Below are positions 49,250 to 61,610 of a stretch of 64,000 bases of DNA, in pieces. Source of the stretch: Torpedo marmorata. Lineage: Eukaryota. The stretch covers positions 38,378,001-38,442,000 of the forward strand of contig OZ360230.1 of the NCBI GenBank assembly GCA_977017645.1, read 5' to 3'. The translations under genes and the position numbers were made by a program. How positions within the stretch are numbered: the stretch's first letter is position 1; the number at the start of each line of letters is the position of its first letter. Under the pieces are notes generated by a model. The model did no database searches, had not been told where the DNA came from, and saw nothing but the letters and a program-made list of their open reading frames with translations.

Positions 49250-51817
49250 TCATTAATATCTTCAATATCTCACTCCAGCAGGGTGTGGTACTCACCTATT
49301 TCAAACAGGCATCAATCATGCCCAAGAAGAGTGCAGTAACCTGCCTTAATGACTATCAACCAGTAGCACTTACATCAACAGTGATGAAGTGTTTTGAAAG
49401 GCTGGTGATGAAGCATATCAGCTCCTGTCTGAGCGGTGACATGGATCCATTCCAGTTCGCCTATCGCGGCAACAGGTCTACGGCGGATGCCATCTCACTG
49501 GCCCTACACAAAGCCCTGGAACATCTGGACAGCAAAGGTGCATACATCAGGATGCTCTTTATTGACTACAGTTCGGCATTTAACACCATCATCCCCTCAA
49601 AACTGATCTGCAAACTCCAAGACCTGGGAGTTAACACCCCACTGCGAAATTGGATCATGGATTTCCTCACCTCCAGACCACAATCAGTGAAGATTGGTAA
49701 GAACTTCTCCTCCACAATCTCTATCAGTACCGGAGCACCACAGGGCTGTGTTCTTAGCCCCCTGTTCTACTCACTTTACACCTACGACTGTGTAGCTCAG
49801 TATGACAATAACACCATCTACAAATTTGCCGACGATACCATGGTAGTAGGTTGTATAAAGGAAGGGGATGAGTCAGCATACAGGATGGAGATTGAAAACC
49901 TGGCTGAATGGTGCACTAAAAACAACCTTGCACTCAATGTCACCAAAACTAAGGAGCTGATTGTTGACTTCAGGAAAGGAAAGGCAGAGGTATACAATCC
50001 AGTGATCATTGGGGGACCAGGGGTGGAGAGGGTGAGCAAATTTATGTTCTTGGGAGTCACTATCTCGGAGGATCTTTAAAAAAAAAATTATTTTATTAAA
50101 AAATTTTAAATCACTCGATAATACATATTATAAAATGCAAAATTATCAAAATACATGTGATATATTTTCACCCCCCTCCCTCTCCCCCCTCCCTAACCCT
50201 CCCACCCTTACTATTCTAATAAAATAGAAGAAAGAAAGAAAGAAAAAGATAAAGTAAGGAGAATGTCAATCTAAAAAGAACAACTATAAGCTAATTTTAT
50301 TGTGGTTATAGATGTGTCAGGAAGATATGTTTTAATAAATTGTCAGATATATTCAGAAATGTGGACACTTATGAATATATATGTGCCAAATACGGAAGAT
50401 GAACAATTTATTCAAGATTCCTTTATGCACTTATCAGAAGCAAATGATAATATTTTAATTGGTGGGGATTTTAATTGTTGTTTAGATCCAATAATGGGTA
50501 AAACATCAAAATCAACTATCAGAACTAAAACTGCTAAAAGAATTCTTACTTTGATGAAAGATTTGAATTTAATAGATATTTGGAGGAAGTTGAATCCAAG
50601 AGAAAAAGATTATTCCTTTTATTCTTTTAGACATGATTATTATTCTAGAATAGACATGCTTTTATTGTCATCACAATTAGAAGATAGGGTGACTCAAGCA
50701 CAATATAAAGCAAGAATAATTTCTGATCATTCGCCTTTATTAATGTCATGTATAATTCCAGAAAAAGAAAAAATTATATATAGATGGAGATTTAATTCTT
50801 CTTTATTGAAAAGAACAGATTTCTGTAATTATATAAGAAGAGAAATTCAAGAATTTTTACAGATTAATTCTAATTCGATTGACAATAAATTTATTATTTG
50901 GGAAGCTCTAAAGGCTTATTTAAGAGGTCAAATAATAAGTTATTCAGCAAAAGTTAAGAAGGGATATATTCAGGAATTGAATAATTTGGAGAAGGAGATT
51001 GAGTTTTTGGAGAAGGATTTGCAAAAAAAGAGATCAGAAGAGGAAAAATTTAATCGAAAAAAAATTATATTATAATACATTACAAACATATAAAATGGAA
51101 AAATTAATCGGAGGATCTTTCCTGGATCCAACACACAAATGGCATCGTGAAGAAAGCACGTCAGCGCCTCTACTTCCTCAGGAGCTTATAGAGGTTTGGT
51201 ATGACACCAGAAACCCTGGCAAATTTCTACAGATGTGTGGTAGAAAGTGTGTTGACCGGCTGCATGACGGTCTGGTATGGGAACACCAATACCCCTGAGC
51301 GTAAAGCCCTCCAAAAGGTAGTGGACACAGCCCAGGACATTACTGGCAAAACCCTCCCCACTATTGAGTACATCGACAGGGAACGCTGCCGTCAGAGGGC
51401 AGCAGCAATCATCAAAGACCCACACCACCCAGCGCACGCTCTGTTCTCGCTGCTGCCATCAGGAGAGAGTTATAGGTGCCACAAGACTTGCACCACCAGG
51501 TTTAGGAACAGCTGCTACCCCTCTACCATCAGAATCCTCAACGACAAAGTCAAATCAGAACTCATTTAAGGACTCTTGCTCGTGCACTTTATTGATTTTT
51601 TTCCTTTGCTCTCTCTGTATCGCAGTCAATTCCATTTTCAGTTTCATTCGTTACCTGTTAGCAGTTCTTTTGATTGTTTACATGTTTACGCTGTGTATAG
51701 TTTACTTTTGCACTACCATTAGTGGTAATTCTGCTGCGCCCGCAGGAAAAAAGAATCTCAGGGTTGTATGTGACATCATGTATGTACTCTGACAATAAAT
51801 CTGAATCTGAAATCTGA
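49250..51817 (+). mobile_element. Rex1/Babar LINE (second subfamily) interrupted by an L1 insertion
   Basis: RT ORF 49063-50079 ([29 protein letters not shown]) resumes at 51121 (SWIQH). Tail (ATCTGA)n. Confidence 0.92.
50078..51107. mobile_element. Inverted (twin-primed-like) L1 insertion: minus-strand 3'UTR plus plus-strand APE endonuclease fragment
   Basis: 50078-~50290 resembles the L1 3'UTR at 12582-12800. ORF 50302-51075 has APE motifs (GGDFN, YSRID, SDH). TSD TCGGAGGATCTTT at 50065-50077 and 51108-51120. Confidence 0.9.
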
Positions 51818-52299
51818 ATGGTGAATATTTATCAATTTACAACTATTTTCTTTTCCTCACACATAAAAATCACTATTTTTTATTTTCCTCAGATGCTGCA
51901 GCCACCACAACAAACAAATCACCCTTTGATCCTTGGTTACAAGTTTGACACTCTTGACTTAATCTCTTCAATGATATCCACAGTCCCAGTTACCTACGAA
52001 AGCGCCTGCTACATGACATCAGCTTGGCTCAGTTAACTGCTACTGACTCCTAAACTGAGCCCTGAGAACTCTGTGTTCAAAGCCCAATCCAACAACCAAG
52101 TCCATAATGTGTGCTGGTCCTTAGGTGAAGTGGTGGAGGAATACTACAATGCCAGACCTGCCTTCTTTCGATGTGATAACCTGATAGGAGCCATTACATC
52201 AAAATTCACAGGACCAAAGCAGTTGAAAGCTGTGGATCACCACCACCTCCTCTGGAGTAATTGGAGATGAGCAATAAATGCTAGCCTTGGCAAGGACAT

Positions 52300-53316
52300 C
52301 TACTGGATATATGCGAGTTATAGTCAAATTTTGTGGACCAATTTTTAGGGTAAAATTTATGGCACCAACTATTACATGCATATTACTTTTGACCGCGTTA
52401 AGTACCTGCGTCGTTCGGTGCATCAGTAATTTGGGTGGGAGGGTGGCCGGGACCGGGTGGTAAGTATGCGTTCAGGGTGTCGGGATCTCGGATGGGCGGG
52501 CGGGCGGCCAGAACCAGGTGGTAAGTCCATGTTCGGGGCGTCGGGAGCTCGGATGGGCGGGCGGAAGGCCGGGACCAGGTGGTAAGTCTGAGTTCAAGGC
52601 ATCAGGAGCTCCGATGGGCGAGCGGCCAGGGCCTAGGCAAGAGTCCGCGGTTGGGGCGTCGGGAGCTCAGATGGGTGGGCGGCCAGGGCCTAGGTGAGAG
52701 TCCGCGGTTGGGGCGTTGGGAGCTCAGATGGGCGGGTGGCCGGGGCCTAGGCGATAGTCCGCGGTTGGGGCGTTGGGAGCTCAGATGGGCGGGTGGCCGG
52801 GGCCTAGGTGAGAGTCCGCGGTTGGGGCGTTGGGAGCTCAGATGGGCGGGTGGCCGGGGCCTAGGTGAGAGTCCGCGGTTGGGGCATTGGGAGCTCAGAT
52901 GGGCGGGTGGCCGGGGCCTAGGCGAGAGTCTGTGGTCGGGGCGTCGGGAGCTCAGATGGGCGGATGGCCGGGGCCTAGGTGAGAGTCCGCGGTTGGGGCA
53001 TTGGGAGCTCAGATGGGCGGGTGGCCGGGGCCTAGGCGAGAGTCTGTGGTCGGGGCGTCGGGAGCTCAGATGGGCGGGTGGCCGGGGCCTAGGCGAGAGT
53101 CTGTGGTCGGGGCGTCAGGAGCTTGGATGAGCAGGCGGGCAGGGCCTAGGTGAGAGACGGTGGTCAGGACATTGAGAACTCCGATGGGTGGGCGGCCGGG
53201 GCCAAAAATAGGGGGGGTTGACCTTGACATGCGATATATGGAAAATATGAGATTTTTGGGCCAAATATAGTGGGGGTCGACTTTTACACTGTATCGACTA
53301 TTAAACACATACAGTA
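52300..53316. mobile_element. Degenerate non-autonomous pogo/Tc2-related element hosting a minisatellite
   Basis: The right end GGGGGTCGACTTTTACAC...TACAGTA echoes the GTAAAAGTCGACCCC subterminal motif of the 12409-16835 element. The left end is degenerate. Confidence 0.45.
52432..53202. repeat. GC-rich 57-bp minisatellite, about 13 units
   Basis: Unit GGCCTAGGTGAGAGTCCGCGGTTGGGGCGTTGGGAGCTCAGATGGGCGGGTGGCCGG with period 57 (52801 to 52858). Confidence 0.95.
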
Positions 53317-53360
53317 TATATGGTATGTCTCATCAAATGAACAAATATAAAATACCATTT

Positions 53361-53680
53361 AGGCAGCGGAGATGTTCAGCGAGTGGAGCTGCTACCTGCC
53401 AGCTCCAGGGAGCCAGATTCAATCCTGACCCCTGGCCGTTCCTGTGCAGAGCTTGCACATTTTCCCTGGGTGCTCCAGTTTCCTCCCAAATGCCAAAGGG
53501 GCGCAGCTTCGTGGGTTAGTTGGCCACTGTAAACTGTCCCTAGTGTGTGGATGAGTGGTAGAATTTGGGGGTATTTAATATGCGGAAAATGAAATGAAAT
53601 TAGTGCAAGGTGAGTGTAAATGGGTGTGTGATGGTCCATATAGACCTGGTGGGCTGAAGAACCTGTTTCTGTATGACTCA
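53361..53680 (+). mobile_element. Older V-SINE/HE1-like SINE
   Basis: Degenerate tRNA head, V core and a CR1-like tail GGGCTGAAGAACCTGTTTCTGTATGACTC. Confidence 0.7.
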
Positions 53681-54137
53681 GTGGCCGTCTGCCCATGCAC
53701 TTCACCCTTTGCTGGCCATGCTTTCTCCTTTTCATGTTCCAAGCTATGAAAGCCTCTCCCCAAATCAAACCTTTTAGCCTCCCCCTGCTACTTAAAACCT
53801 ACTAAGTATTTAGTCTCATCCTCTTTGGCCATTGCCCAATTTGTTTCTGGCTACTTTCAGTGAAAACGCTTTGAAAAGGTTTCCTATGTTAAATTTATTA
53901 TATAATTTGAGACTTTCCTCATTACATCATTGCTTCAGTAGAATGAAAAGAGGACAGTATTGTAATGATAGAGCGCTAGTGATCCTCCTGACCACTAGAG
54001 GGAGTCGGAGACTAGTTTGTGGCAGTTTCGGTTGGATTCAAGATGGATGCCTCCACACGGTCTTGTGTACTTTAGCTAATAAAGTATAGGTGTTTTAAAA
54101 AAACCCAAGTTTCTTTATTACAATAAAAGAAACATCA

Positions 54138-54152
54138 CGGTACCAGGAGTGG
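54138..54152 (+). promoter_or_regulatory. Primer-binding site complementary to tRNA-Leu(UAA) 3' end
   Basis: CGGTACCAGGAGTGG immediately after the LTR's CA, versus the expected TGGTACCAGGAGTGG (vertebrate tRNA-Leu-TAA, from memory). Confidence 0.7.
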
Positions 54153-54203
54153 AAGAAACACCAGGAGTGTGCAGAGTGTGTATCAGTCGATAGGAGCAGA
54201 GAA

Positions 54204-55383
54204 ATGGAGAGTGTAAAGGCTCCTGACGCTGTAAATTGGACTGGAAATGTCGAGCACGAGTGGAGGTTGTTCAAACAAAGATTCATGCTGTACCTGAAAG
54301 CCATTGGACTCGATAACAAACCTGATGCATGGAAGATTACACTGCTACTTACCGTGGTGGGACCTCAAGCACAAGAGGTTTTCAATACATTTGTTTTTGC
54401 CGAGGCAGAAGACCAGGGCAAGTTCGACAAGGTTATCGAGATGTTTGATGAACACTGTTCACCAAAGAAAAATAAAACATTCGAGAGGTACGTGTTTCGC
54501 TCGCACACGCAGCTGCAGGGAGAGAGCTTTGATACTTTTTTAACGGACTTGAAATTAAAAGCAAGAACATGCAATTTTGGATCGCTGCAAGATTCAATGA
54601 TCCGTAATCAAATTGTGTTCTGGATTATTGATAAGAAAGTGAGAGAGAGGTTGCTGCGAGTGACGGAGCTTATCTTAGCTGGAGCTGTGAAGATATGCCA
54701 CGCCAATGAATTAGCTCTGCAGCACACGAAAAAGTTCGGTGATAGTGAAAAAGCCAGTGAAAATGAAGGCATAGCCGTAGCCACAATATGTGTCCACACA
54801 CATAAACAAAAAACGAGATATAGGAAACAACAAAAAGATGGAGAGGCATTCAAGTGCAAACGATGTGACACTCAACATGCAACAAAACAGTGCCCCGCCT
54901 ACGGAAAAGTCTGTAATAAGTGCAAAAGGCAGAATCACTATGCAAAGCAATGTTTTTCCAAAGGGAAAGCGTGCATACTGTGCACACAAGAGAAGAAACT
55001 GCTCTGTGATACACTTTTCATTGACATGGTAGTGCAGGAAGATTATAAACCAACAGACACTGAACAGCCAAGCGTGAACAGTCGAGCAGGACAAGTGGAC
55101 TGTGTCATTACATACAAATGGAACAAATATTCCTTTCAAGCTGACACAGGGGCAAAGGTCAATTTGATCTGTGAGCGTGACATCAGGGCAATGAAGATAA
55201 AGCCATACATCCATGCAAATCCTGTACAGCTCAAAGCCTACAATGGACAGAGCATCAACACGAAAGGTACATGTAAACTCAAGGTGAAAGTTAAAGATAA
55301 AGAGCACCACCTCAGGTTCACAGTAATCCCAGATGGACATGAATCACTGCTGGGTGACAAAGCATGTGAAAACCTAAGCCTAG
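54204..55383 (+). pseudogene. Gypsy gag-protease reading frame
   Basis: CX2CX4HX4C knuckle (CNKCKRQNHYAKQC) and aspartic protease motif DTGAKVNLI. The frame is interrupted by a solo LTR at 55384. Confidence 0.9.
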
Positions 55384-55530
55384 TGTTACAAATTCAAACC
55401 TGCAATGACAGAAGACGCAATGCAAAAGGGGTTAAATTGAAATTTATATTTATTAAAGACAATTAAACATATAATTTCACAACAATTAACCCCACTATAA
55501 ACATCTATAAACACTATTCTTATTTAAAAG

Positions 55531-55581
<51 letters not shown>

Positions 55582-56353
55582 GCCCAAACCATTACAGTCT
55601 GTGCCCAACCCTCATGCTAAAATGGAAAAACCTTCCCCAAAAACCCCAGGTCAGTCATAAAAACAAGTCACTCCCAAAAATACAGTCCACAAAAATTCAC
55701 TCTCTATGTTCAGGGTCCAAATTCAGCTCTGTGTGCTGGCAAGCAGGACTTTTTAATGAACGTTGGAGAGAGAGACAATGACTGTTTATGCTTACGAATG
55801 CTTGGCTTGCTTTTCTTCTCTGATGACTTTCCCTTCTGGTGTTTTCACAAGGATTGCGAATCCAGATCCATTTTGGATTGAGGCGTATACTTGGATCCCA
55901 CAGCCTGTTCTTCACAAAAGCTGCTCTCAACTCAGGATTTTGCTGAATCACCAAGGCCTTGCTTTTGGTCCCAACCTTTTCCTCTGGGATGCACAAGCCT
56001 GGATTTTTATGATTCAAAAGGCTCTGTGTTCTTCTCCCAACCTCTTCTCTGGGATGCACAAGCCTGGATCCTGCTGAGTTCTCCCGCCTTTGCAACTCCA
56101 AAACTGCCACTGATTCAATTTTCCACGACTGAACTTTTAGGCCTTTCTGCAGAGAGTCTTCCTGTCTTTTTCAAAAAGTCCAACCAAGTATATCTTTCCA
56201 CAGTTTGTCTCCCCCTGGTGTCTCTCTCTGGTAAGTACAAGAAGTCCTGGGCAATTTAACTCTTTCAGTACCAGGTCCCAGTGTGTAGTCCAAAAGACTT
56301 CATCCTTCCTGCTGACCGTCCGCAGTCCAAAAGGTCAGTCATGGTCCATAACA
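55384..56353. mobile_element. 970-bp solo LTR of another family nested in the Gypsy
   Basis: TGTTA...TAACA inverted termini and a 4-bp TSD CTAG at 55380-55383 and 56354-56357. Contains a (TG)n tract at ~55536-55578. Confidence 0.85.
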
Positions 56354-56599
56354 CTAGTCAAGAGGGTATACACACCAGGGAAACCTATTGTTTTAGCTGA
56401 TGCGTTATCCAGGGCAATGACGCAGAGTGAAGCACACAATGAGAGTTCCACAGAGACAGATGTGAATCTCCACGAGAACCTGATCACTGAGCAGCTGAAA
56501 CAGAAAAGGACACAGTTCTACAGAAGGTCATCAAGAATCTGAATGAAGGATGGCCTAGAGGTGAATGTCAGCCATACTACAACATCAGAGCTGAGCTGA

Positions 56600-57291
56600 G
56601 TGTTGTCAATGGGCTTCTACTCAGACAGAGCAGAATTATCATTCCTCAATCTCTGCGACAAGAGATGCTGAAAAGGGTGCATGAGGGACACCTTGGAATG
56701 GAAAATGCAAGAGGAGGGCCAGAACTGCTGTTTATTGGCCAGGGATAAATGCTGACATTGACAGGATGGTTTCCAGCTGTGAGACCTGTTTGAAACATCA
56801 CGCAAAGCAGGCAAAAGAACCCATGATAATAACTGACTTACCAGCAGAACCATGGCAGAAAGTTGGGACTGATCTGTTCCACATGGATGGAAATAATTAC
56901 TTGCTGGTTATTGATTTTCAATCGAACTATCTGGAGATTTTGCTGCTTCCTAATATGTCTGCTGCTTGTGTGATCAAATATATAAAATCGATCTTTGCAA
57001 GACATGGAATTCCTCAAATTGTCTACAGTGACAATGGACCATGCTACAGTTGTAGAGAATTCCAGAACTTTGCAGAAGAGTATGATTTTCGACATGTGAC
57101 TTCAAGTCCTCTGCATCCACAGTCAAATGGTAAAGCAGAGAAAGGAGTGCACATAGTTAAACAGTTGCTCAAGAAAGCACTAGACAGTGGCTCAGATCCT
57201 TATCTAGCTCTATTGATTACAGAGCTTCACCACTTGAACATGGCATGTCAGCCACTGAGCTTCTGATGGGACGTAGACTACGCACCACACT
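56600..57291 (+). pseudogene. Frameshifted Gypsy integrase
   Basis: HHCC and D,D(35)E-type motifs; ORF 56766-57266. Truncated after LLMGRRLRTTL. Confidence 0.9.
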
Positions 57292-58418
57292 GAAAACTCT
57301 GAAAAGGTTTCCTATGTTAAATTTATTATATAATTTGAGACTTTCCTCATTACATCATTGCTACAGTATAATGAAAAGAGGATTGTATGATCAAGATGAA
57401 TAAGAAACTAAAATTCTGTTAAATTTTGGAACATTAGCAAGATGTTAGCTACCTGCAAGCCTTTAAAAGGTTTAGCGTTAGGAATTCAAGCCAGAGATTT
57501 ACTTTAACCAGTCTCTCACATGTCAATGCTCCTCACAACATGTCATACATCTTTATTTCTGTTGGTTTTATTAATTTCACTTGAGCAATGACAAACTGTT
57601 CTCATTGTTCCAGCTAATCCACTAGAGGAAATATGTTGGCACGCTGGCAAATATCGTTGGCTCCCCTAAATTGTTTGCAAATAGTTTCATTGTTCGTGGT
57701 TAAGTCTGTGGAAACAGCAGCAACTCACTGGAGACTGCCCAGTGAGCCTTCATCTGCCCACATGGCACAGGCTGGAGTCAGCTCATCTATTATGGTCCAC
57801 TGCTATCTTCCACTTATCATGTGTAAGTGCACCAGGACATAAAAGACCATTTACTCTTATCATTAGATAGAGTTTTCTTTTACCCCTTTCCTTCCCCCTG
57901 TAATAACGTGTAATGAAGTATCACATCGGTTAATCATTATAGTAGATCAATCTACATAGCCACATACTACTGCCTCTCGTGATCAAATTACATTGCCTTA
58001 CAATCACAGCACACAACCTCTAAGAGGACAACAACAGAAGGACGGTAAAGAAATAATTACTTATGAAAGATGCTTTATGATTAGTTTTTATTTTTTCGTA
58101 TTGATCTGTGGTTTAGGGCATGACCTTTACAGAAGAAGGAATACTTTCACTTAATGTGTTTTATGTTTTGAAAGTGGTTCATAAAAATCAATGATTTATC
58201 TTGTTTTGTTTTAGCAGCAGTCAGTTTATAGTTTCCGAATCATATGGACTGCCTCCATTCCAAGAATTTATTCCAAAATAATATATTTTTAAAATTAGAA
58301 TCCAGTGCACAGAAGTTGTTCCATTTCCTTTCATGACCCTTTTAATGTTAAAATAGTAAGGCAGGACTCTTTTCCAAGCAGGTTATTACATTTCAGTGAT
58401 CTGGTGGTATAATCAATA

Positions 58419-58768
58419 CAGGTAGTCCTCGACTTACGACCTACGCGAGTTACGTCCACCCGCACATACGACCAAAATTTTTTTTGTATTAAAAGTACTG
58501 TATATATGTTGAGATTCTTTATTACAGTATTTACTTGAAGTTCATATGTTGAGTATCTTTATTAAAGGTACTGTACTGTACAGTACATATGTTGAGATTC
58601 TTCATTAAAGGTTCATTTGTTGAAAATGTTTTTGAAAAATTGCTTTAAGACCTCCTTAAGACATGCGCGGTAGGGTGAATCCGACTTACGACCAATCCGA
58701 GTTACGACCAATCCGAGTTACGACCAATCCTTCGGTCCCAATTACGGTCGTAAGTCGAGGGCTACCTG
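58419..58768. mobile_element. Tigger-type MITE
   Basis: TIRs CAGGTAGTCCTCGACTTACGACC / GGTCGTAAGTCGAGGGCTACCTG with TA TSD. Internal 16-bp repeats TTACGACCAATCCGAG. Confidence 0.92.
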
Positions 58769-60223
58769 TATACACATATGCAAACTGGGCATGGGTCTGC
58801 TTCCAGTTCATCCAGGCAGAGTACACCACGACACGCTGCCACAGTGTCAAAGCAAATCATTTGACATCTTTCCTGATCGTCACTTCTAATTGAATCAAAT
58901 GGAAATTTATCTTGCTAACTTCACAGTTCCAAGGCCGATGAATTCAATTGTATAGCACATTTTTTTTAAAGATATAGGAGTTGAAATAGACTATTCAGCC
59001 CATTGAGTCTGTCCCGCCATTTAATAATGAGCTGATCCATATCCCCACTCAGACCCACTGCCCGGCCTTCTCCCCAATAAGACCATAAGACATAGGAGTG
59101 CATTTTCACGCACAACATGCTTTAATGGAGATATAAAATTGATTTTGTAGAACATGAATGGGTCTTTTTGACCAGGCATGGACCATAGTTTGACTTTGAA
59201 ACATTCATTTATGTGTTTGTCATGTGAGATTCTGGGCAGGAAATAGTGACATAGCTTATAGGCAATGTATATTCAATCTTGACACTGAAACATTATAGAT
59301 TGGATTCCTGGTGACATTGTTGGCTGTGAATTGGAAAGAAGACTCGATTGGAAGGAAGCATTGCTTGAGTGCACCTACTTGCATTGTTGTTGGGCAATCC
59401 ATTGCAGAAGACACAGACGCAATAATGGGCCAGATTTTTGAATATTTCACATGTGAGGCTACATTTTTCCCCCGGGGTCCCTGTCCACACCCATCAATGA
59501 TTTAAACCCCCCCCCCACAAGATTATTCATGTTCCCCAATCCAGTGCTGAAGAATCACAGCCATCTGTCGTGGCATTCTTAATTACGCCACTTCAAATCA
59601 GTCCAGTACTTCTAGTAGTAAGTCCAGTGGATGACCGTCACTTTCAGAGCACCAAACACGTCTGCACAACATTGGTTAAAAAGCACTTCGCATACAGCTC
59701 CTGAATTTATATTGGGTTAATGTCATGCAGAAGATAATGAATGCTTGCAAACTCTATGCCTTACACATCACAAATGCACAAAAAAATCACACCAAGATGA
59801 CCCTCATCAAAATATCATGGGACCCCTGCACAGCAGCATTTTAGTTCTTAGATGATGTATTTCAGCTCTCAGCCTCTAACCCTGAGAAAATGTTCTCATT
59901 TATCTCTATGATCCAGTGAGGATCACCTCAGGCTTCTCCACACTAAACTCCACCTGCCACTGATTTGCCTGATCATTTCATCTATTTTAGAGATACACAG
60001 GAGACTGCAGATGTTGGAATCTGAAGCCAAATACAATCTGCTGGAGGAACTCAGTGGGTCGAGCAGCATCAGTGGGAGAAAAATAATGGTCAACATTTTG
60101 AGCCAACACTTTTATCAAGACTGAGGAAATGTAGTAGAGAAGCCAGTGTAAAGAGGACGGGGTAGGACAGGGGCCCCAGATGGAATTGATGAACCAGGTA
60201 GAGGTGAAACATGATGGATTATT

Positions 60224-60436
60224 GGTGGCACAGTTTCCATAGGGCTTAGCACAATGCAATTACAGCGCCAGCAATCCGGGTTCAAAACCGGCGCTGTCTG
60301 TAAGGAGTTTGTACGTTCTCCCCGTGTCTGCGTGGGTTTCCTCCAGGTACTCCCTTCAAAGCATACAGGGGTTGTAGGTGAATTGGGGCTGCACGAGCTC
60401 ATGGGCCGGTAGGCCCTGTTACCATGCTGTATGTAT
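60224..60436 (+). mobile_element. V-SINE/HE1-like SINE next to a Penelope pLTR relic (~59990-60220)
   Basis: B-box-like GGGTTCAAAACC and V core GAGTTTGTACGTTCTCCCCGTGTCTGCGTGGG. Confidence 0.8.
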
Positions 60437-61610
60437 GGATGACTAATTCATTTATTTTCACTTGCAACTTCTTGCATTGATCCATTCTGTGTACCCTAAC
60501 TTATTGCATATCTGGAAAGTTGGATGTACAATTTGCCATTCTTTCATTAAATTAATAATGATTCATTTTAAGTGAAAAGCTGAGGCCTCAGTATAAATCT
60601 CTGGAGACACCATTTGTTCCATCCTGCCAACCAGAGCTTGTCTCCTTTATCCCTGTCTCCTACCTTTCAAGTTGATTGTTGACTCACATTACAAAGTTAG
60701 CTGCAAACACCAGCATTTTAATTTTGATAATAATTTCTAGAGTGGAACCTTATCATATGCCTACTGGAAATCCATCTGTTGTCACTTACCCATAAACCAT
60801 AGTAACAACCTCCAGAAAAACCGGGACCAGTTTGAACATTCATGACTTGCCTTGCACATATCCATGTAGATACTGCAGTCTATCCATTACTTGTCTGAGC
60901 ATTCGGTCACTCTATCTCCAGTTTGCATAACTTCAGAAGTTTTGGGAATACACACGTTCTCAAAATATGTAACATTCATCTTTAGGGACTAGAGCTTTGC
61001 TCAGCACAGATAATTGTACTTTGGGCCATAAAAATGGTGCTGCCGAGCTGGATTCGATTTTGCAGCTACTGTTCTTAACCCAGTAAATGCAAGATAAACA
61101 GTCTTCCAGGATTTCTTGCAGAGCCATGGTCACACAGACTGTGATAAGTTATGGACTGATACAGTCCATCATGTTTCCAGTATTGTATTGAGGACATTGT
61201 TATTTATACTCTCCATTTGATCCTAACACTTCCCAATCACTGACAAAACCCTCATTACCTTCCTTTAAAAAATTGTCTCATGTTCCCCTGTTGTTCATAT
61301 GCACAAAATGCACATTCCCGTGAATCCTGGCAGCATTTTTGACTTGATCATTTGCAGAAGCAGTGAAAACCTACACAATAGTCATTATTCTTCTAGGACT
61401 GTGTGTGATTGCTGCCTTTTTGTCTGTTTTAGGAGATTCACAGTTTCACAATAAGTTTAAAAACAAATGGCAGTCGTTTCAAACAGAAGTGCTGCTAATA
61501 GGGAATAAAAAACCTTTGCATAACACTCCAAAATGTGGTCGAGGACTAGAGTCAGCATCAGAGGGAAATAAGAAAATCTGAAGACGTTCGGGTCCAGTGT
61601 AGTACACCAA

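Larger units (their letters stand above)
53961..57291 (+). mobile_element. Gypsy/Metaviridae LTR retrotransposon, internally deleted and lacking the 3' LTR
   Basis: 5' LTR 53961-54137 (TG...CA, AATAAA) and PBS 54138-54152, followed by gag-protease. The RNase H tail YTPGKPIVLADALSRA is followed by integrase (HEGHLG, CETC, PWQKVGTDLF, SDNGP, SNGKAEKGV). Confidence 0.92.

Noticed and set aside
49063-49250. N-terminal extension of the 338-aa RT ORF
   Set aside because: Flanking AT-rich DNA fortuitously in frame with a 5'-truncated Rex1.
52579-53130. 183-aa repetitive ORF (RWELRWAGGRGLGESPRLG)n, and CRISPR-like periodicity
   Set aside because: By-product of a 57-bp (3n) minisatellite. There are no unique spacers and no cas genes.
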